In this document: in pieces, positions 18,360-29,600 of the stretch
Layout of the letters: each line of letters starts with the position of its first letter
Numbering within the stretch: position 1 is the first letter of the stretch
Virus record (IMG/VR): IMGVR_UViG_3300024581_003789
Span: 1 to 59,664 of that record
Length of the DNA: 59,664 bases
From: a virus
Direction: 5' to 3' (one strand)
Program-made: the position numbers and the translations under genes
Notes under the pieces: generated by a model
Told to the model about the DNA's origin: nothing
Seen by the model: the letters and a program-made list of their open reading frames with translations, nothing else
Databases searched by the model: none

Positions 18360-19543
18360 CAACAAAAGTATTATTGAGAGCACCACTATTAACTAATAGT
18401 GGTTATGGCGTTCATTCTAGGCAAGTATTCTCTTGGTTGTATCACAGGGAAGATGTAGAATTAACAGTAGAATGTCTTAATTGGGGTCGAACTTCTTGGG
18501 TTCTCGATGGAGATAAAGAAAACGGTCTTTATAGAAAAATCATGTCATGTTCAAACCCAGTGACTCCGGGATCATATGACGTTTCTTTTCAAGTAATTCT
18601 TCCTGATGAGTGGAATACAGAATACGCAACTAAGAATGTAGGTGTCACGGCGCTTGTAGAAACTGATCGATGTACTGCAAGGTGGGTTGAAAAATGCAAC
18701 AAAATGGACGTAGTTGTCTTACCCTCACAGTTCACACTGGATGTTCTTAAGAGATCAGGCCCCGTAACAACAGAAACTCTAGTTATTCCAGAGTGGTTTA
18801 ACGGAGATCTTCTAGATAGAAGCAAGATGTCAAAAACGCAATCAGATAAAAGATACGACACTATTAAGACTGACTTCAATGTTTTGACAATTGGTGCCTT
18901 AACTAGCCTTAAAAAAGAAGATGATAGAAAGAATACTGAAAACACTTTAAAGTGGCTTTTTGAAGAATTTTCTGACGAAGAAGACGTTGGTGTTGTTATT
19001 AAAACAACTATGGGTAAAGGTAGTGAATCAGATAAACAGCTATGTAGAGACTATTTAAAATCAGCAGTTAACAATTATCGCAAAGGAGAATTTCCTAAAG
19101 TGTATTTAATTCATGGCAACATGGACAAAGAAGAAGTTGCTGGATTAGTTTCGCATAGAAAAATTAAACTTTATGCAACAGCAACTAGAGGGGAAGGATA
19201 TGGGTTACCATTGGTCGAAGCTGCAGCCGCTGGAGTACCAATTGTAGCAACTGGTTGGTCAGGACACTTGCAATTCTTGCAGAAAGAAAATTTTGGTGTT
19301 GTTGACTATGATTTAGTAGAAATTAGCGAAACAAAAGTTGATGAAAGAATCTTCAAAAAAGGTTTTAAGTGGGCAGAACCGTCTGAAGAAAGCTTTAAAA
19401 GAGAAGTGAGAAAAGCTTTTGAAAACTATGAAGACGCAAAAGCCAAAGCAAAAAATCTTAAAAAACACATTCAGTTTAATTATAACAGTGCAATCATCAA
19501 GAAACAATACGACAAACTATTAGAAAAGGTACTTGAAAAATGA
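18356..19543 (+). CDS. GT4-family glycosyltransferase
   Basis: APLLTNSGYGVHSR, DRKN, TRGEGYGLPLVEAAAAGVPIVATGWSGH, WAEP. Confidence 0.88.
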   Translation: MTTKVLLRAPLLTNSGYGVHSRQVFSWLYHREDVELTVECLNWGRTSWVLDGDKENGLYRKIMSCSNPVTPGSYDVSFQVILPDEWNTEYATKNVGVTALVETDRCTARWVEKCNKMDVVVLPSQFTLDVLKRSGPVTTETLVIPEWFNGDLLDRSKMSKTQSDKRYDTIKTDFNVLTIGALTSLKKEDDRKNTENTLKWLFEEFSDEEDVGVVIKTTMGKGSESDKQLCRDYLKSAVNNYRKGEFPKVYLIHGNMDKEEVAGLVSHRKIKLYATATRGEGYGLPLVEAAAAGVPIVATGWSGHLQFLQKENFGVVDYDLVEISETKVDERIFKKGFKWAEPSEESFKREVRKAFENYEDAKAKAKNLKKHIQFNYNSAIIKKQYDKLLEKVLEK

Positions 19544-19863
19544 CAAGCTTAAGCATACTTATGATTTTGTGTTGTCTGTTGTTTTTGCTTTCATGTTTTT
19601 TGGCTTGGAAGCTATATAAGTTTTCTTTGATAATAATTGATATGGAAGATGCTATTGATGATTCGCTTAGTATTTTGGATGAGAGATATAGGAGTATGTA
19701 CGAAGTACTGCAAAAACCTATATTCTTCGATTCAATCGAAGTACGGCAAGTTATCGCTGACATTAAAGAATGTCACCGGGCAATACTTATTATTGCTAAT
19801 AGCTTGACAAGACAAACAAGGGAACTAGAAGACAATGGCGAAACTACGAAAGAAGACAGTTAA
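19540..19863 (+). CDS. Hypothetical membrane-anchored protein
   Basis: N-terminal hydrophobic helix followed by coiled coil. Confidence 0.65.
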   Translation: MTSLSILMILCCLLFLLSCFLAWKLYKFSLIIIDMEDAIDDSLSILDERYRSMYEVLQKPIFFDSIEVRQVIADIKECHRAILIIANSLTRQTRELEDNGETTKEDS

Positions 19864-20593
19864 GAAAAACGGAACTGCAAAAAAGACAAAACAAAAATTA
19901 TATTTTGGAAAAGAAGCACACGATGCAATCATAGAATATCAATCTGCTAATTCCAAACTAGAAAAGCACAAGATTTATGAAGATAAAATTAGAAACTCTT
20001 TTCATAAGCTAGCAGAGAATTTAATTTTTATTCATGGGTTTGCAAGAGACGCGAATACATTTGATCAGCTTAAATCTGATTGTGTGTCTTTTCTATACGA
20101 GACATTAGAAAAATTTGACCCTGAAAGAGGCTCAAAAGCATTCTCGTATTTTAACGTCTGTGCAAAGCATTATTTAATCATTCAAACAAACAAGAGAAAC
20201 AAGCGAAATAATCGCCAAGTAAGCTTAGATAATTTTGCCGGAATGAGCAACAGAGACAAGAAGTCTGTAGAGACGTTTAGTTATATTCCTTCTCCTGAAA
20301 CACAAATGATACAAAAAGAAGACAGAGAAAGAATGTTTCAAGTTTTAAAAATAATTGAAAATAGAACTAGAAACCAAAATGAAAAACTTTGTATCAAAGC
20401 TGTCGAAAAGTTATTCATTGACATTGATAAGCTTGAATTCTTAAACAAGAGAGCAATATTTGTTTATCTTAGAGAGATATCTGGTTTAAATCCTAAACAA
20501 TTGTCAGTTGCAATGTCAAACGTAAGAAAGAACTTTAGAGACGTTGTTGGCAACAATGAGGAATTTAAGCACATGTTCAACTTGAGGTTTTAA
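19835..20593 (+). CDS. Phage sigma factor, T4 gp55-like (late transcription)
   Basis: KLAENL...DCVSFLYETLEKFDPERGSKAFSYFNVCAKHYL is a sigma region-2 signature; lies just upstream of the structural block. Confidence 0.7.
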   Translation: MAKLRKKTVKKNGTAKKTKQKLYFGKEAHDAIIEYQSANSKLEKHKIYEDKIRNSFHKLAENLIFIHGFARDANTFDQLKSDCVSFLYETLEKFDPERGSKAFSYFNVCAKHYLIIQTNKRNKRNNRQVSLDNFAGMSNRDKKSVETFSYIPSPETQMIQKEDRERMFQVLKIIENRTRNQNEKLCIKAVEKLFIDIDKLEFLNKRAIFVYLREISGLNPKQLSVAMSNVRKNFRDVVGNNEEFKHMFNLRF

Positions 20594-20931
20594 TGACTAA
20601 AAAGACAAAAGAACAAAAACTTGAAGAGTTTTCTGATCTCCTAGACAGTTTAGAAAATACTGAAGATAAGAAAAAAATGCTTTGGCGAGAAGCCTATCAG
20701 AATGCTGTTGACGATAGAGAGAGTGCATCTCTTTTATTAAACGACCTTTTGATGATGATTCCTGGAAGTTCAGGAAATCATTCAACACACGGCGGCTTGG
20801 CCACAAAATATCTAGAAAGAATGTCTAAGTCTAATGATCAAGTACTTAAGCTTGCAGAACTTATTGCTAAAGAACAGGAAAAAGAGGCATCAGTTTCACC
20901 TGATGACATATTTAGCTCTATAGAGGGTTAA
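20593..20931 (+). CDS. Hypothetical helical protein (small-terminase-like pattern possible)
   Basis: Coupled to the sigma gene; helical hairpin only loosely reminiscent of T4 gp16, so function is weakly supported. Confidence 0.55.
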   Translation: MTKKTKEQKLEEFSDLLDSLENTEDKKKMLWREAYQNAVDDRESASLLLNDLLMMIPGSSGNHSTHGGLATKYLERMSKSNDQVLKLAELIAKEQEKEASVSPDDIFSSIEG

Positions 20932-20933
20932 AC

Positions 20934-22754
20934 ATGTCACTAAGCGATCATAGGTTCTTAAAAGGCTTTCGAGGTAAAATTGCAGGTCATCGTCTACTTC
21001 AGGATGAAGACGTCCAAGTAGAGATCAATTCAAAATATAACTACGTAACAGGTATCGTCAAAGACGTTATATCGAATCCTTACGAGTACTTAAATCGATC
21101 ATTCCCTGAAACTAATTACACGTTCAAGGAAGTTTTAAGCGGTGTTGTTAAACCTGAAATCTCTTTTAACGGAGAGCCTCCTAGTCAATATGATTTTTCT
21201 GCTGATATAGAAAACGCACCATTAATTGAATCGATGCCAATTAATTCAATATTTGCCTATATCGTCGACAATAAGAAGTCTAGAGATACCGGACGGTATG
21301 TTATATGTTATCCTTTTTTTCCGCCACATATGTCGCTACCTCTCAAACCAGGCGAATATGTCTGGATAATAACAGAGAAGATTGGTGCATTAACATACTA
21401 TTATTGGCTTTGTAGGAAAGTGGGTCCATTACAGCTTGATGATGTTAATTTAACTAACTACGAAAGGTTGCCATACGTCAATCAATTAATTGACTTTTCT
21501 AGAAACAACAACACATCTAATCTTGATTTGGATAATGTATATTCACTAAACGAATTGACTGATAGATATCAAAATAAGATCAAAGGAAGCGCTGAAAGTG
21601 GAACAAACTTTCCTGAGCCTATGTCTTTAATCTTCAAGCATTCTTATGCATACAATAAAGAATTTACAGGCGAACCGGTTCCAAGAGTTGCAAAAGATTG
21701 TGGCGACTTGCTCTTGCAAGGTTCGAATAATGCAGGTATACACTTAACAACAGAAAAGTTTTTAGACGTATCATCACAGTTTAGCCCTTATAATTTAGGC
21801 AACAACAATAACGTCAATTTAAAAGCTGATGCTGCTGCTATCGATTTATTTGTTGGTAGAAAAAAGAATTCTAAAAATCAAGTAAGGTATGCAGGCAAAT
21901 CTTTCTTTTTTGATGAAAAAAGAGGCGTAAATGGAAAAATGAATTTTGCAGCGAATAACTCTTTTGATTCAAATTTAGAGTTCATAGAGAATGATAAAGT
22001 TGCAGATTTGAGAACTGGTGATCCAGAGATATACAACGAAGAACTAAATGACAGCGCCGGCGATGCAATGGACGTCGCAGCAAGACTTTACTTGTCACAC
22101 AATTCTAGCCCTGACTTTTTATTCGGCTCTGCTTTTGATGTCCTATCGGCACGAGCAGGTGAAAGCATTGTGACGTATGCAGATCACAATAGAGTTGTTG
22201 GTAATGTTGATACCAGAATAGTTTCTCGTGCAGGACAATCTTTTATTGATCTAGACCCGCTAGGAAACATTGTCATGAAATCATCAATTGACAATGGACA
22301 ACAATTCTTAAGTCTAATAAATAATGGTGTAACTAGGCTCCAAGCCAGAGACAAATTAGAACTGGCTGTAAGAAGTAACAATGAGTCTCCAGAAGAACCC
22401 TACATTTTATATAGTGAACTTAAGACAATTCTAGATAAAATAATGTCTAACTTATTAATTTTAAATAATCTATATATCGATAATATGGGATCCACTTTAG
22501 CTAAAGCATCCCAAGCATCGATTGCAGCGTCAGCAGCTGCTGTAGCTGCAGGTAATCCCGTAGGATCACCAACGCATGACGAGGCTGTAAATACCGGTGT
22601 CGCAGTAGCTTTAGGTGCAGATCTATTCGATGCAATCGCAGGGGCGGTCTCAGCAACAGGTGAAACAAAAATTGAAGATAGTGATGCGTCCAGAACGGGA
22701 GAATCAAAATCATCACCAGCTCCACTTGGTTCCACTAAAATTTTCGGTGAGTGA
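20934..22754 (+). CDS. Baseplate hub/spike protein (gp5/gpV-like)
   Basis: CYPFFP..LPLKPGEYVWII OB-fold-like motif; GDLLLQGSNNAGIHL; short beta-repeats; directly upstream of gp25- and gp6-like genes. Confidence 0.55.
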   Translation: MSLSDHRFLKGFRGKIAGHRLLQDEDVQVEINSKYNYVTGIVKDVISNPYEYLNRSFPETNYTFKEVLSGVVKPEISFNGEPPSQYDFSADIENAPLIESMPINSIFAYIVDNKKSRDTGRYVICYPFFPPHMSLPLKPGEYVWIITEKIGALTYYYWLCRKVGPLQLDDVNLTNYERLPYVNQLIDFSRNNNTSNLDLDNVYSLNELTDRYQNKIKGSAESGTNFPEPMSLIFKHSYAYNKEFTGEPVPRVAKDCGDLLLQGSNNAGIHLTTEKFLDVSSQFSPYNLGNNNNVNLKADAAAIDLFVGRKKNSKNQVRYAGKSFFFDEKRGVNGKMNFAANNSFDSNLEFIENDKVADLRTGDPEIYNEELNDSAGDAMDVAARLYLSHNSSPDFLFGSAFDVLSARAGESIVTYADHNRVVGNVDTRIVSRAGQSFIDLDPLGNIVMKSSIDNGQQFLSLINNGVTRLQARDKLELAVRSNNESPEEPYILYSELKTILDKIMSNLLILNNLYIDNMGSTLAKASQASIAASAAAVAAGNPVGSPTHDEAVNTGVAVALGADLFDAIAGAVSATGETKIEDSDASRTGESKSSPAPLGSTKIFGE

Positions 22755-22762
22755 TACTTATA
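22754..22762 (+). promoter_or_regulatory. Putative late promoter core ATACTTATA
   Basis: Identical 9-mer at 38202-38210; both are in short gaps shortly before structural genes. Confidence 0.4.
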
Positions 22763-22786
22763 AAATAATAAATAAGGATAAAAAAC

Positions 22787-23278
22787 ATGGGTCATTCACA
22801 GTTTAGATTTAAAAGTAGTGGAATAAGATCAGATGATAGAAAATTCGTTGCAAAACAATCATCAGTATCACGTCCGTTCGGTATTAAAACACCTCTCGAA
22901 GTGGGCGACGACATATTTAAAATGCACGTTAATCCCGTTAGGCAAATAGCTGACAATTTCAGAAACCTTGTAATGACAAATCATGGGGAGCGAATAGGGA
23001 TTCACGACTACGGCGCGAACTTAAATGCCATCACATTTGAGTATAGTAACTCACCAAACTTCAAAGAAATAGTTAGCTCTTCTATTATTAATGCGACAAG
23101 CAAATTTATTCCAAGTGTAACTATATCTAACGTAGAAATAATAAAAAATGATGTAAACGAGAAAAACGAGTTAAATAAATTAGGACTAACAAAAGTAACG
23201 ATCAAAATAGAATACTATATACCTCAGCTTAGCTCTCCTAAACTAGGGATAGAAGTAGATATAATAGTAGGCGGGTGA
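22787..23278 (+). CDS. Baseplate wedge subunit gp25-like
   Basis: GIKTPL, QIADNFRNLVMTNHGERIG..DYGANL..FE, FIPSVTISNVEI. Confidence 0.85.
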   Translation: MGHSQFRFKSSGIRSDDRKFVAKQSSVSRPFGIKTPLEVGDDIFKMHVNPVRQIADNFRNLVMTNHGERIGIHDYGANLNAITFEYSNSPNFKEIVSSSIINATSKFIPSVTISNVEIIKNDVNEKNELNKLGLTKVTIKIEYYIPQLSSPKLGIEVDIIVGG

Positions 23279-23282
23279 TAAA

Positions 23283-25130
23283 TTGGCTAAAAACGTTAAA
23301 AAAGAAATTAAAAAATACAAAGAAGTAAGCTATACGAATAAAGACTTTAACTCTTTAAGAAATGAGCTCAGAAGATATATGCAAACACACTTCAGTGATA
23401 GCATTGTTGATTTTTCAGACTCGAGTCTTGGCGGTATGCTAGTTGATTTAGGCGCTTATGTAGGTGATATCATGACTTACTACCTAGATCACCAGTTCAA
23501 TGAAATTAATATTGAAACTGCAATTGAGCGCGAAAACATAGAAAGGCTAATCAGGGACGCGGGAGTTAAAATACCAGCAGCTGCTCCTGCATACTGCGAA
23601 GTTAATATAACAATTAATGTTCCAGCCGTAGTATCAGGCGGGGAATATGTGCCTGATCCGCTAGCATTGCCTATTATAAAAGCCAATTCAGTTTTTTCAA
23701 CATCAGGAGGAATTAAGTTTTATTTGCTAGACAGTTTGGATTTCTCTGAAACAAACGATCTAGGAAACCTTGTTGCTGAAAAGAGCATAGCTAATATTAC
23801 TTCATCAGGAATTGTTAATAATTTTTTCTTAACTAGAAAAGCACTAGTTTCCAGCGCAGAAGTTACATCGGAATCATTTTCTATAGAGAATAAATTAGTA
23901 CCTTTTAGAAGAATTACACTAAAAGAAGACAATGTCAATGAAATAATTTCTGTCATTGATAGTAGTGGTGACAATTATTATGAAGTTGACAGTCTATCAC
24001 AAGATACTGTTTTTTATGCTGCAACAAACATAGAAAACGACAGAGACGACGCACCTTATCGAATGGAATTGAGACATGCACCTAAAAGGTTTATTACTTC
24101 TAGAAGCATCAACACAGGAAAGACAACATTAAGGTTTGGCTCAGGTGACGAAGATAGTTTCGACGAAGATGTTGTTCCAGATCCTAGTGAACATTCAATT
24201 AGTCTTTATGGTGATAAAAAAAGCTTTCATAGTATAACAATTGACCCAAACAGCTTTCTAACAACACAGACGTTAGGAATAGCGCCTAGAGATACTACTT
24301 TAACCATTACATATAGGTATGGTGGTGGAGTTAACCACAATGTCTCTGCGGGATCGATTAACTCCGTCAAAACATTAACAACTCAGTTTCCAAACGGAAC
24401 TCCACCTTCAGTTGAAAATTCTGTTAGAGGCTCTTTGCGAGTAATTAATCTTAAAAATGCTTCAGGTGGAGAAGACGAACCAACCCTAGACTCAATGAGG
24501 CAAGTCGCAATCTTTAATAGAAGTTCTCAAAATAGAATTGTTACAAGAGAGGATTTGATTGCAAGAATATATTCGCTACCTTCAAAGTTTGGTAGAGTAT
24601 TTCGTGCAGCTGTATCTGACAATCCTCAGAATTATCAGTCAGCACAACTCCACATTATCTCAAGAAATAGCAAAAATAAACTTAGCTTGTCATCAGACAC
24701 ACTTAAGAAAAATTTGGCTAAATACCTTAATGAGTTTAGAATCATATCAGACGCAATTGACATTCTTGATGCAATCATCGTTAATATATCGATAAGATAT
24801 AGCGTAACAGTTGAAAAGGGTTACAGGCAAGATATTGTTATTGCTGATCTAAATAATAAAATTAAAAACTTGCTTAAAATTGAAAATATGCAAATTAACA
24901 AACCAATTGTTGTCAGCGAGATAGAAAACATCATTATAAACACACCTGGTGTTGTTAGCTTGTTGAATTTGAATATTGCTAGTAGGTCAGGTATATATAA
25001 CGGAAACATGTACAGCGATTATCAATTCAATGTTATGCAAAATATTGACAGAGGAATGTTATTTCCTCCTTTGGGCGGCATGTTTGAAATAAAATATCCA
25101 GGTGATGATATTGTAGGGAGCGTAGTCTAA
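23283..25130 (+). CDS. Baseplate wedge subunit gp6 / baseplate J-like
   Basis: YTNKDFNSLRNEL, DFSDSSLGGMLVDLGAYVGDIMTYYLD, LRFGSG, ITYRYGGG, ASGGEDE, SQNRIVTREDL; TTG start. Confidence 0.88.
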   Translation: MAKNVKKEIKKYKEVSYTNKDFNSLRNELRRYMQTHFSDSIVDFSDSSLGGMLVDLGAYVGDIMTYYLDHQFNEINIETAIERENIERLIRDAGVKIPAAAPAYCEVNITINVPAVVSGGEYVPDPLALPIIKANSVFSTSGGIKFYLLDSLDFSETNDLGNLVAEKSIANITSSGIVNNFFLTRKALVSSAEVTSESFSIENKLVPFRRITLKEDNVNEIISVIDSSGDNYYEVDSLSQDTVFYAATNIENDRDDAPYRMELRHAPKRFITSRSINTGKTTLRFGSGDEDSFDEDVVPDPSEHSISLYGDKKSFHSITIDPNSFLTTQTLGIAPRDTTLTITYRYGGGVNHNVSAGSINSVKTLTTQFPNGTPPSVENSVRGSLRVINLKNASGGEDEPTLDSMRQVAIFNRSSQNRIVTREDLIARIYSLPSKFGRVFRAAVSDNPQNYQSAQLHIISRNSKNKLSLSSDTLKKNLAKYLNEFRIISDAIDILDAIIVNISIRYSVTVEKGYRQDIVIADLNNKIKNLLKIENMQINKPIVVSEIENIIINTPGVVSLLNLNIASRSGIYNGNMYSDYQFNVMQNIDRGMLFPPLGGMFEIKYPGDDIVGSVV

Positions 25131-26644
25131 TGCATAGAGTATTAACGTCTTCAAAAGACACTTATATAACTAATAAAATTATTAATAATTCTTTTAGAGC
25201 ACTAAACGCAAATGTAGGTAGTGCTGGAACTTTAGACTTGTTTAAACTGTATAGCGAAAATTCAGTCCCAGGTGAAAGTGACCCAATTGAACTATCACGT
25301 CTTTTGATTAAATTTCCAATTGAAGAATTATCACGAATGGATGATCTTGGTTTAATTGACATTACTGATCCTAGTTTTAAATGTTATCTTAAACTTCATG
25401 ACGTTTACGGAGGGCAAACAACTCCTAGAAATTTCAAAGCTATTGTTTTTCCTTTGGCACAGGAATTCACAGAAGGGACAGGCTTGAATGTTGTATCATT
25501 TACAGACTTAGATGCTACAAATTATATGACAGCGTCAATCCAGAACGGTACTGCTGTATTATGGAATGAACCGGGAGCCATGGCCTCTGGAAGTTTAGGT
25601 GATTCGAATATTGATGTCATTGTTAGTGGATCACTATCAGGTACAAATACTTCTCTTTGTGTTGAACAACTTTTTGTAACAGGCGAAGAAGATCTAAATG
25701 TTGACATCACAACAATTGTATCAGGGACAGTTTCAAATCAAATTCCTAATCATGGATTTTTGATTGGTCTATCAGGAAGTTATGAAAATAATGACAAGTC
25801 ATACTTTGTAAAGCGTTTTGCATCAAGAAACGTTCAGGTTGCTTCACTAAGACCCAAACTTAGTGTTCATTTTGATGACAGTATGCAAGACAGTCACACA
25901 GACATGATTTTTAACGTGACAGGTGCTCTGTATTTAAGAAACTATCATCAAGGAAACTTAGAGAATATTCTGTCCGGTTCTTCAGCTTCTGAATTGTCTG
26001 GAGAGAACTGCATGATTTTAAAAATCGAGTCAGGAGACTTTAAAAAGACATTTAACGTGTCACAGGCAATGAGAGGAAGACATAGAATTCCAGGTGTATA
26101 TTCATCATCTTTTGCCATTTCTAGTTTTGACCCACTTTTATACGATGAAGTTAATGCATCCGGATCGATTACATTTAACGAAATATGGACCAACCCGGAA
26201 GAAACTGTGACATATCTTTCTTCCTCGATAGAAGTTAAAAGAGAATCAAGAAGAAAGTCAAATACGCAAAACCAAAACAACCTCTTAGTAACTGTATTAA
26301 ATGTCAATGAAGAATACAGACAAGGGGAGATTGTCAATATTCGAGTTTTTGCTGAAGCTCGCGATAGAGCAATTGTATATGCGCGTTCTCCGATTGAAAA
26401 GAAGAGTCAAATATTTAAAGAGATGTACTATAGAGTAAGAGATGTCAATGACGGAGAAGTAATTATTGACTTTGACAAGGTTAATCATTCAACTAAACTA
26501 TCGACAGATGAAGACGGTATGTTTTTTATATTTTTTACAGACTCTTTGGTGAAAGGTAGAACTTATACGTTTGATTTTCTCATTAGAAGAAACGGAGCTG
26601 ACACAGTAATCAAGGACGCAACATCTAAATTCAGGATTGTATAA
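25130..26644 (+). CDS. Virion structural protein with DNRLRE/CBM-like N-terminal domain
   Basis: SSKDTYI...NVG...SRLLIKF...LKL...W...NHGFLI...F.SR...RPKL pattern; baseplate context. Confidence 0.6.
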   Translation: MHRVLTSSKDTYITNKIINNSFRALNANVGSAGTLDLFKLYSENSVPGESDPIELSRLLIKFPIEELSRMDDLGLIDITDPSFKCYLKLHDVYGGQTTPRNFKAIVFPLAQEFTEGTGLNVVSFTDLDATNYMTASIQNGTAVLWNEPGAMASGSLGDSNIDVIVSGSLSGTNTSLCVEQLFVTGEEDLNVDITTIVSGTVSNQIPNHGFLIGLSGSYENNDKSYFVKRFASRNVQVASLRPKLSVHFDDSMQDSHTDMIFNVTGALYLRNYHQGNLENILSGSSASELSGENCMILKIESGDFKKTFNVSQAMRGRHRIPGVYSSSFAISSFDPLLYDEVNASGSITFNEIWTNPEETVTYLSSSIEVKRESRRKSNTQNQNNLLVTVLNVNEEYRQGEIVNIRVFAEARDRAIVYARSPIEKKSQIFKEMYYRVRDVNDGEVIIDFDKVNHSTKLSTDEDGMFFIFFTDSLVKGRTYTFDFLIRRNGADTVIKDATSKFRIV

Positions 26645-29600
26645 TGTCAAAAAATTTATTTACTAGGCAAAAAGGAAGACTTTTTGAGCCTAAATTTACA
26701 CGCCAAAACAAACCCTCGTCTAATTTTTTGAGAGAGCAATTGAATGTTTCAGACAATCAAGAATTTTTAAAAAATACAAACATAGAAAGCAGCTCTTCAT
26801 TTAGATATGGAAATAATACCGGTATTGTGTCCTCCCAGCAATTAAGAGTTGATTATTCTAGATTTGAAAATCATATATTCTTTCATTCTGCTGTTGCTAG
26901 CGTAAATGAAGCATTTGATAAAATAGTCAACTTTTATCCGTATGAAAAAAATAGAAAAGGTCTTGAACAATACGAGGATGAGTTAACCGGTTTTGAAAAA
27001 TACATTCTGGATCAATTTCCAAAAAATGTGGGTTACTTAAATTTTTCTGGATCTTTGGTAGGTGAGCCTTTAAGTAACGGAAGTCAAATTAATGTTCAAG
27101 ACATGTCCGGCGGAACACTTTTAGAAATTTCAGATAAAACATCTGGCGCTCCAGTTCTAGATCCTAACTGTTCTCCTTTCTGCTTGGAAATGTTTCTAAA
27201 GATTCCTGATCAAGCAAACGATAATCAAGTAATACTCCAAAAATATAGCAGTCTATCAAATAACTTTACATTGGCTCTGTCAGAATCAGCATCAACATCT
27301 GCGTGCGAAATTAGATTTTCTATCTCATCCGGATCAAATTATTTGATGGCGTCTGGGTCGATTGAAAAAGGCAGTTTTAATCATGTAAGCGCTTTATACG
27401 ATCCACATAGCGGAGGCACTTTAGAGTTAATGATCAATCAATCTGTGCATACTTCAAGCAACAATGTGGTATTTCAAAGGTTGAATTACAATGCTTCAGA
27501 CTTAACTATAGGGACTGGTGAGACACACAGATCTAATGGCGAAATATTTACAAATAAGCAGTCATTCTCTGGGTCGATTGATGATTTAAGATTTTTTCAT
27601 AAAGTTTTTCCAAAAGAAGAAATACAAGAAAGACGCATTAAAAGCTATTATCCACAAGAAGGTGACAACCTTAAACTTTACTTTAGATTTAATGAACCAT
27701 ACGGCGACTATTCAGGTAATGACTTGGTTTTTGATGCATCTGGTAATTCTTTACACTCAAGAATAGAAAATTTTGATATTGATTTGAGAAGTACAGGATC
27801 AGATGTTCCAGTTTTATCAGAAAATTTATATAGAAACCCAGTTCTATTTCCGACTTATGATGGTATTATTGATTTAAATACAAATCTTTTAACAACAGCA
27901 TCTCTCTATGATGAGTATAACCCGAACTTAATTACAAAATTAGTACCCCAGCATTACTTCCAAGAGGCAACCAATTATAGGGATTATAGTCAGGAACTTG
28001 AGCAGCTTGAAAGAAACTTCCATACATTTTCACAGAACAACCCAGGACAAAACAAGTCAGATATCCCCGCTGTTCAGTTGCTAATGAAGCTTCTGTTAAG
28101 TTATGCGAAGTTTTTTGACGAGCTTAAGCTCTTTATTGATGCAGTAACTAGCTATGCAAATACTGATTACGAAGATTATGACACAACTCCTGACCCTTTT
28201 CTTATTAGAAAGGCAAAAAGACACAATATAAAGCTTCCGCAGTTATTTTCTAATGCTAATATTGAGCAAGAGCTTGAGGGCGTTAACTTGTCTAGCGATG
28301 GAGGATTGTCTGTATTAAGCTTAAATCAAATCCAGAATTTAATTTGGCGAAGAATATTAAGTGAAGCCCCTAAGGTCAACAAGTCAAAAGGAACAATTAA
28401 TTCAATTAAAGGAATGTTTAGAAGCACCGGCATTGAACCAGACAATATTATGAATTTTAGAGAATACGGCGGATCTAAAGAAAAATCACTGGAAGCTTCA
28501 AGAGAAATATCTAGAGACGTTTATAGATTTTTAGACTTTTCTAGAATTTATGATTATCAGGTGACATCATTAGACGACAATGGTTACCCAATTGATTCAG
28601 GATTTGGGAGAATCAAAGGCGGGTATTTATCCGGATCCAGAACAGAAGTAGGCCTTCCCTTAGCAGCAGGAACATTTGTCAATAAAACGCTAGATAATCC
28701 AAACGGTGAAAGCGACAACCCTAACGATGGTTTATATACATCTGGAAGTTTTACCTATGAAGCTTTATATAAATGGGACTACGGTTATAAAAATCAGCCG
28801 GAGAGCTTAGTTAGAATGCATGTGACAGGTACTTTGGCGCCATCGTCAAAAGAGGCATGCCTTGTCAATCTTGTTGCGACTGATGAAGATATTACGCTTT
28901 ATATGAGAGACAATACTGAGGATTTAAAAAGCATTACCATTGGAGATGTTAATGTTTTTGACGGTGATATATGGAATGTTTCTTTTGGAAAAAAAGATGC
29001 ACATGACATGTCAACATCATCCACAGGGAGTTTCTTTTTAAGAGTTGGGAAGCAATTTAGTGGTGATATTATTGATCAGAGAGAAAATACGCTTCTTGTT
29101 CCGGAACCAGCTGCTAGTGTCTTTAAAAACATAAGCGAATACAATACCTCAGGAAGCTTTTTTGTAATAGGCGAACAAGATTTTCAAGAAACAGGCAAGG
29201 GTTCTTTTTTAAATGATAATACATTGACAGAACAAAACGCATTCGAAACTCATTTTTACGGAACTGTATCTAATATTAGATTTTATTCAAAAAACATTAC
29301 TGATCAAGAATTCTTAAATCATGTCAAGAATTATGATTCATTCGGTGTTCAAGACCCCAGAGTTAACTACGGATTTTCAACTTTGACGACAGGATCTTTT
29401 GAAAGACTAATAGCATATACAGATGGAAAACAAAATACAAATACAACAGACTCATTAGGCAGTATTAGGCTTTTCGACTTAAGTCAAAATAACTTACATT
29501 TTGAAGGATCTAATTTTGACCCGGAATCAACAATACTACTAAATAAGAGAGTAAATTTTGAAGTACTTTCTGATAAGTTTGACTTAAATCAAACAAAAGA

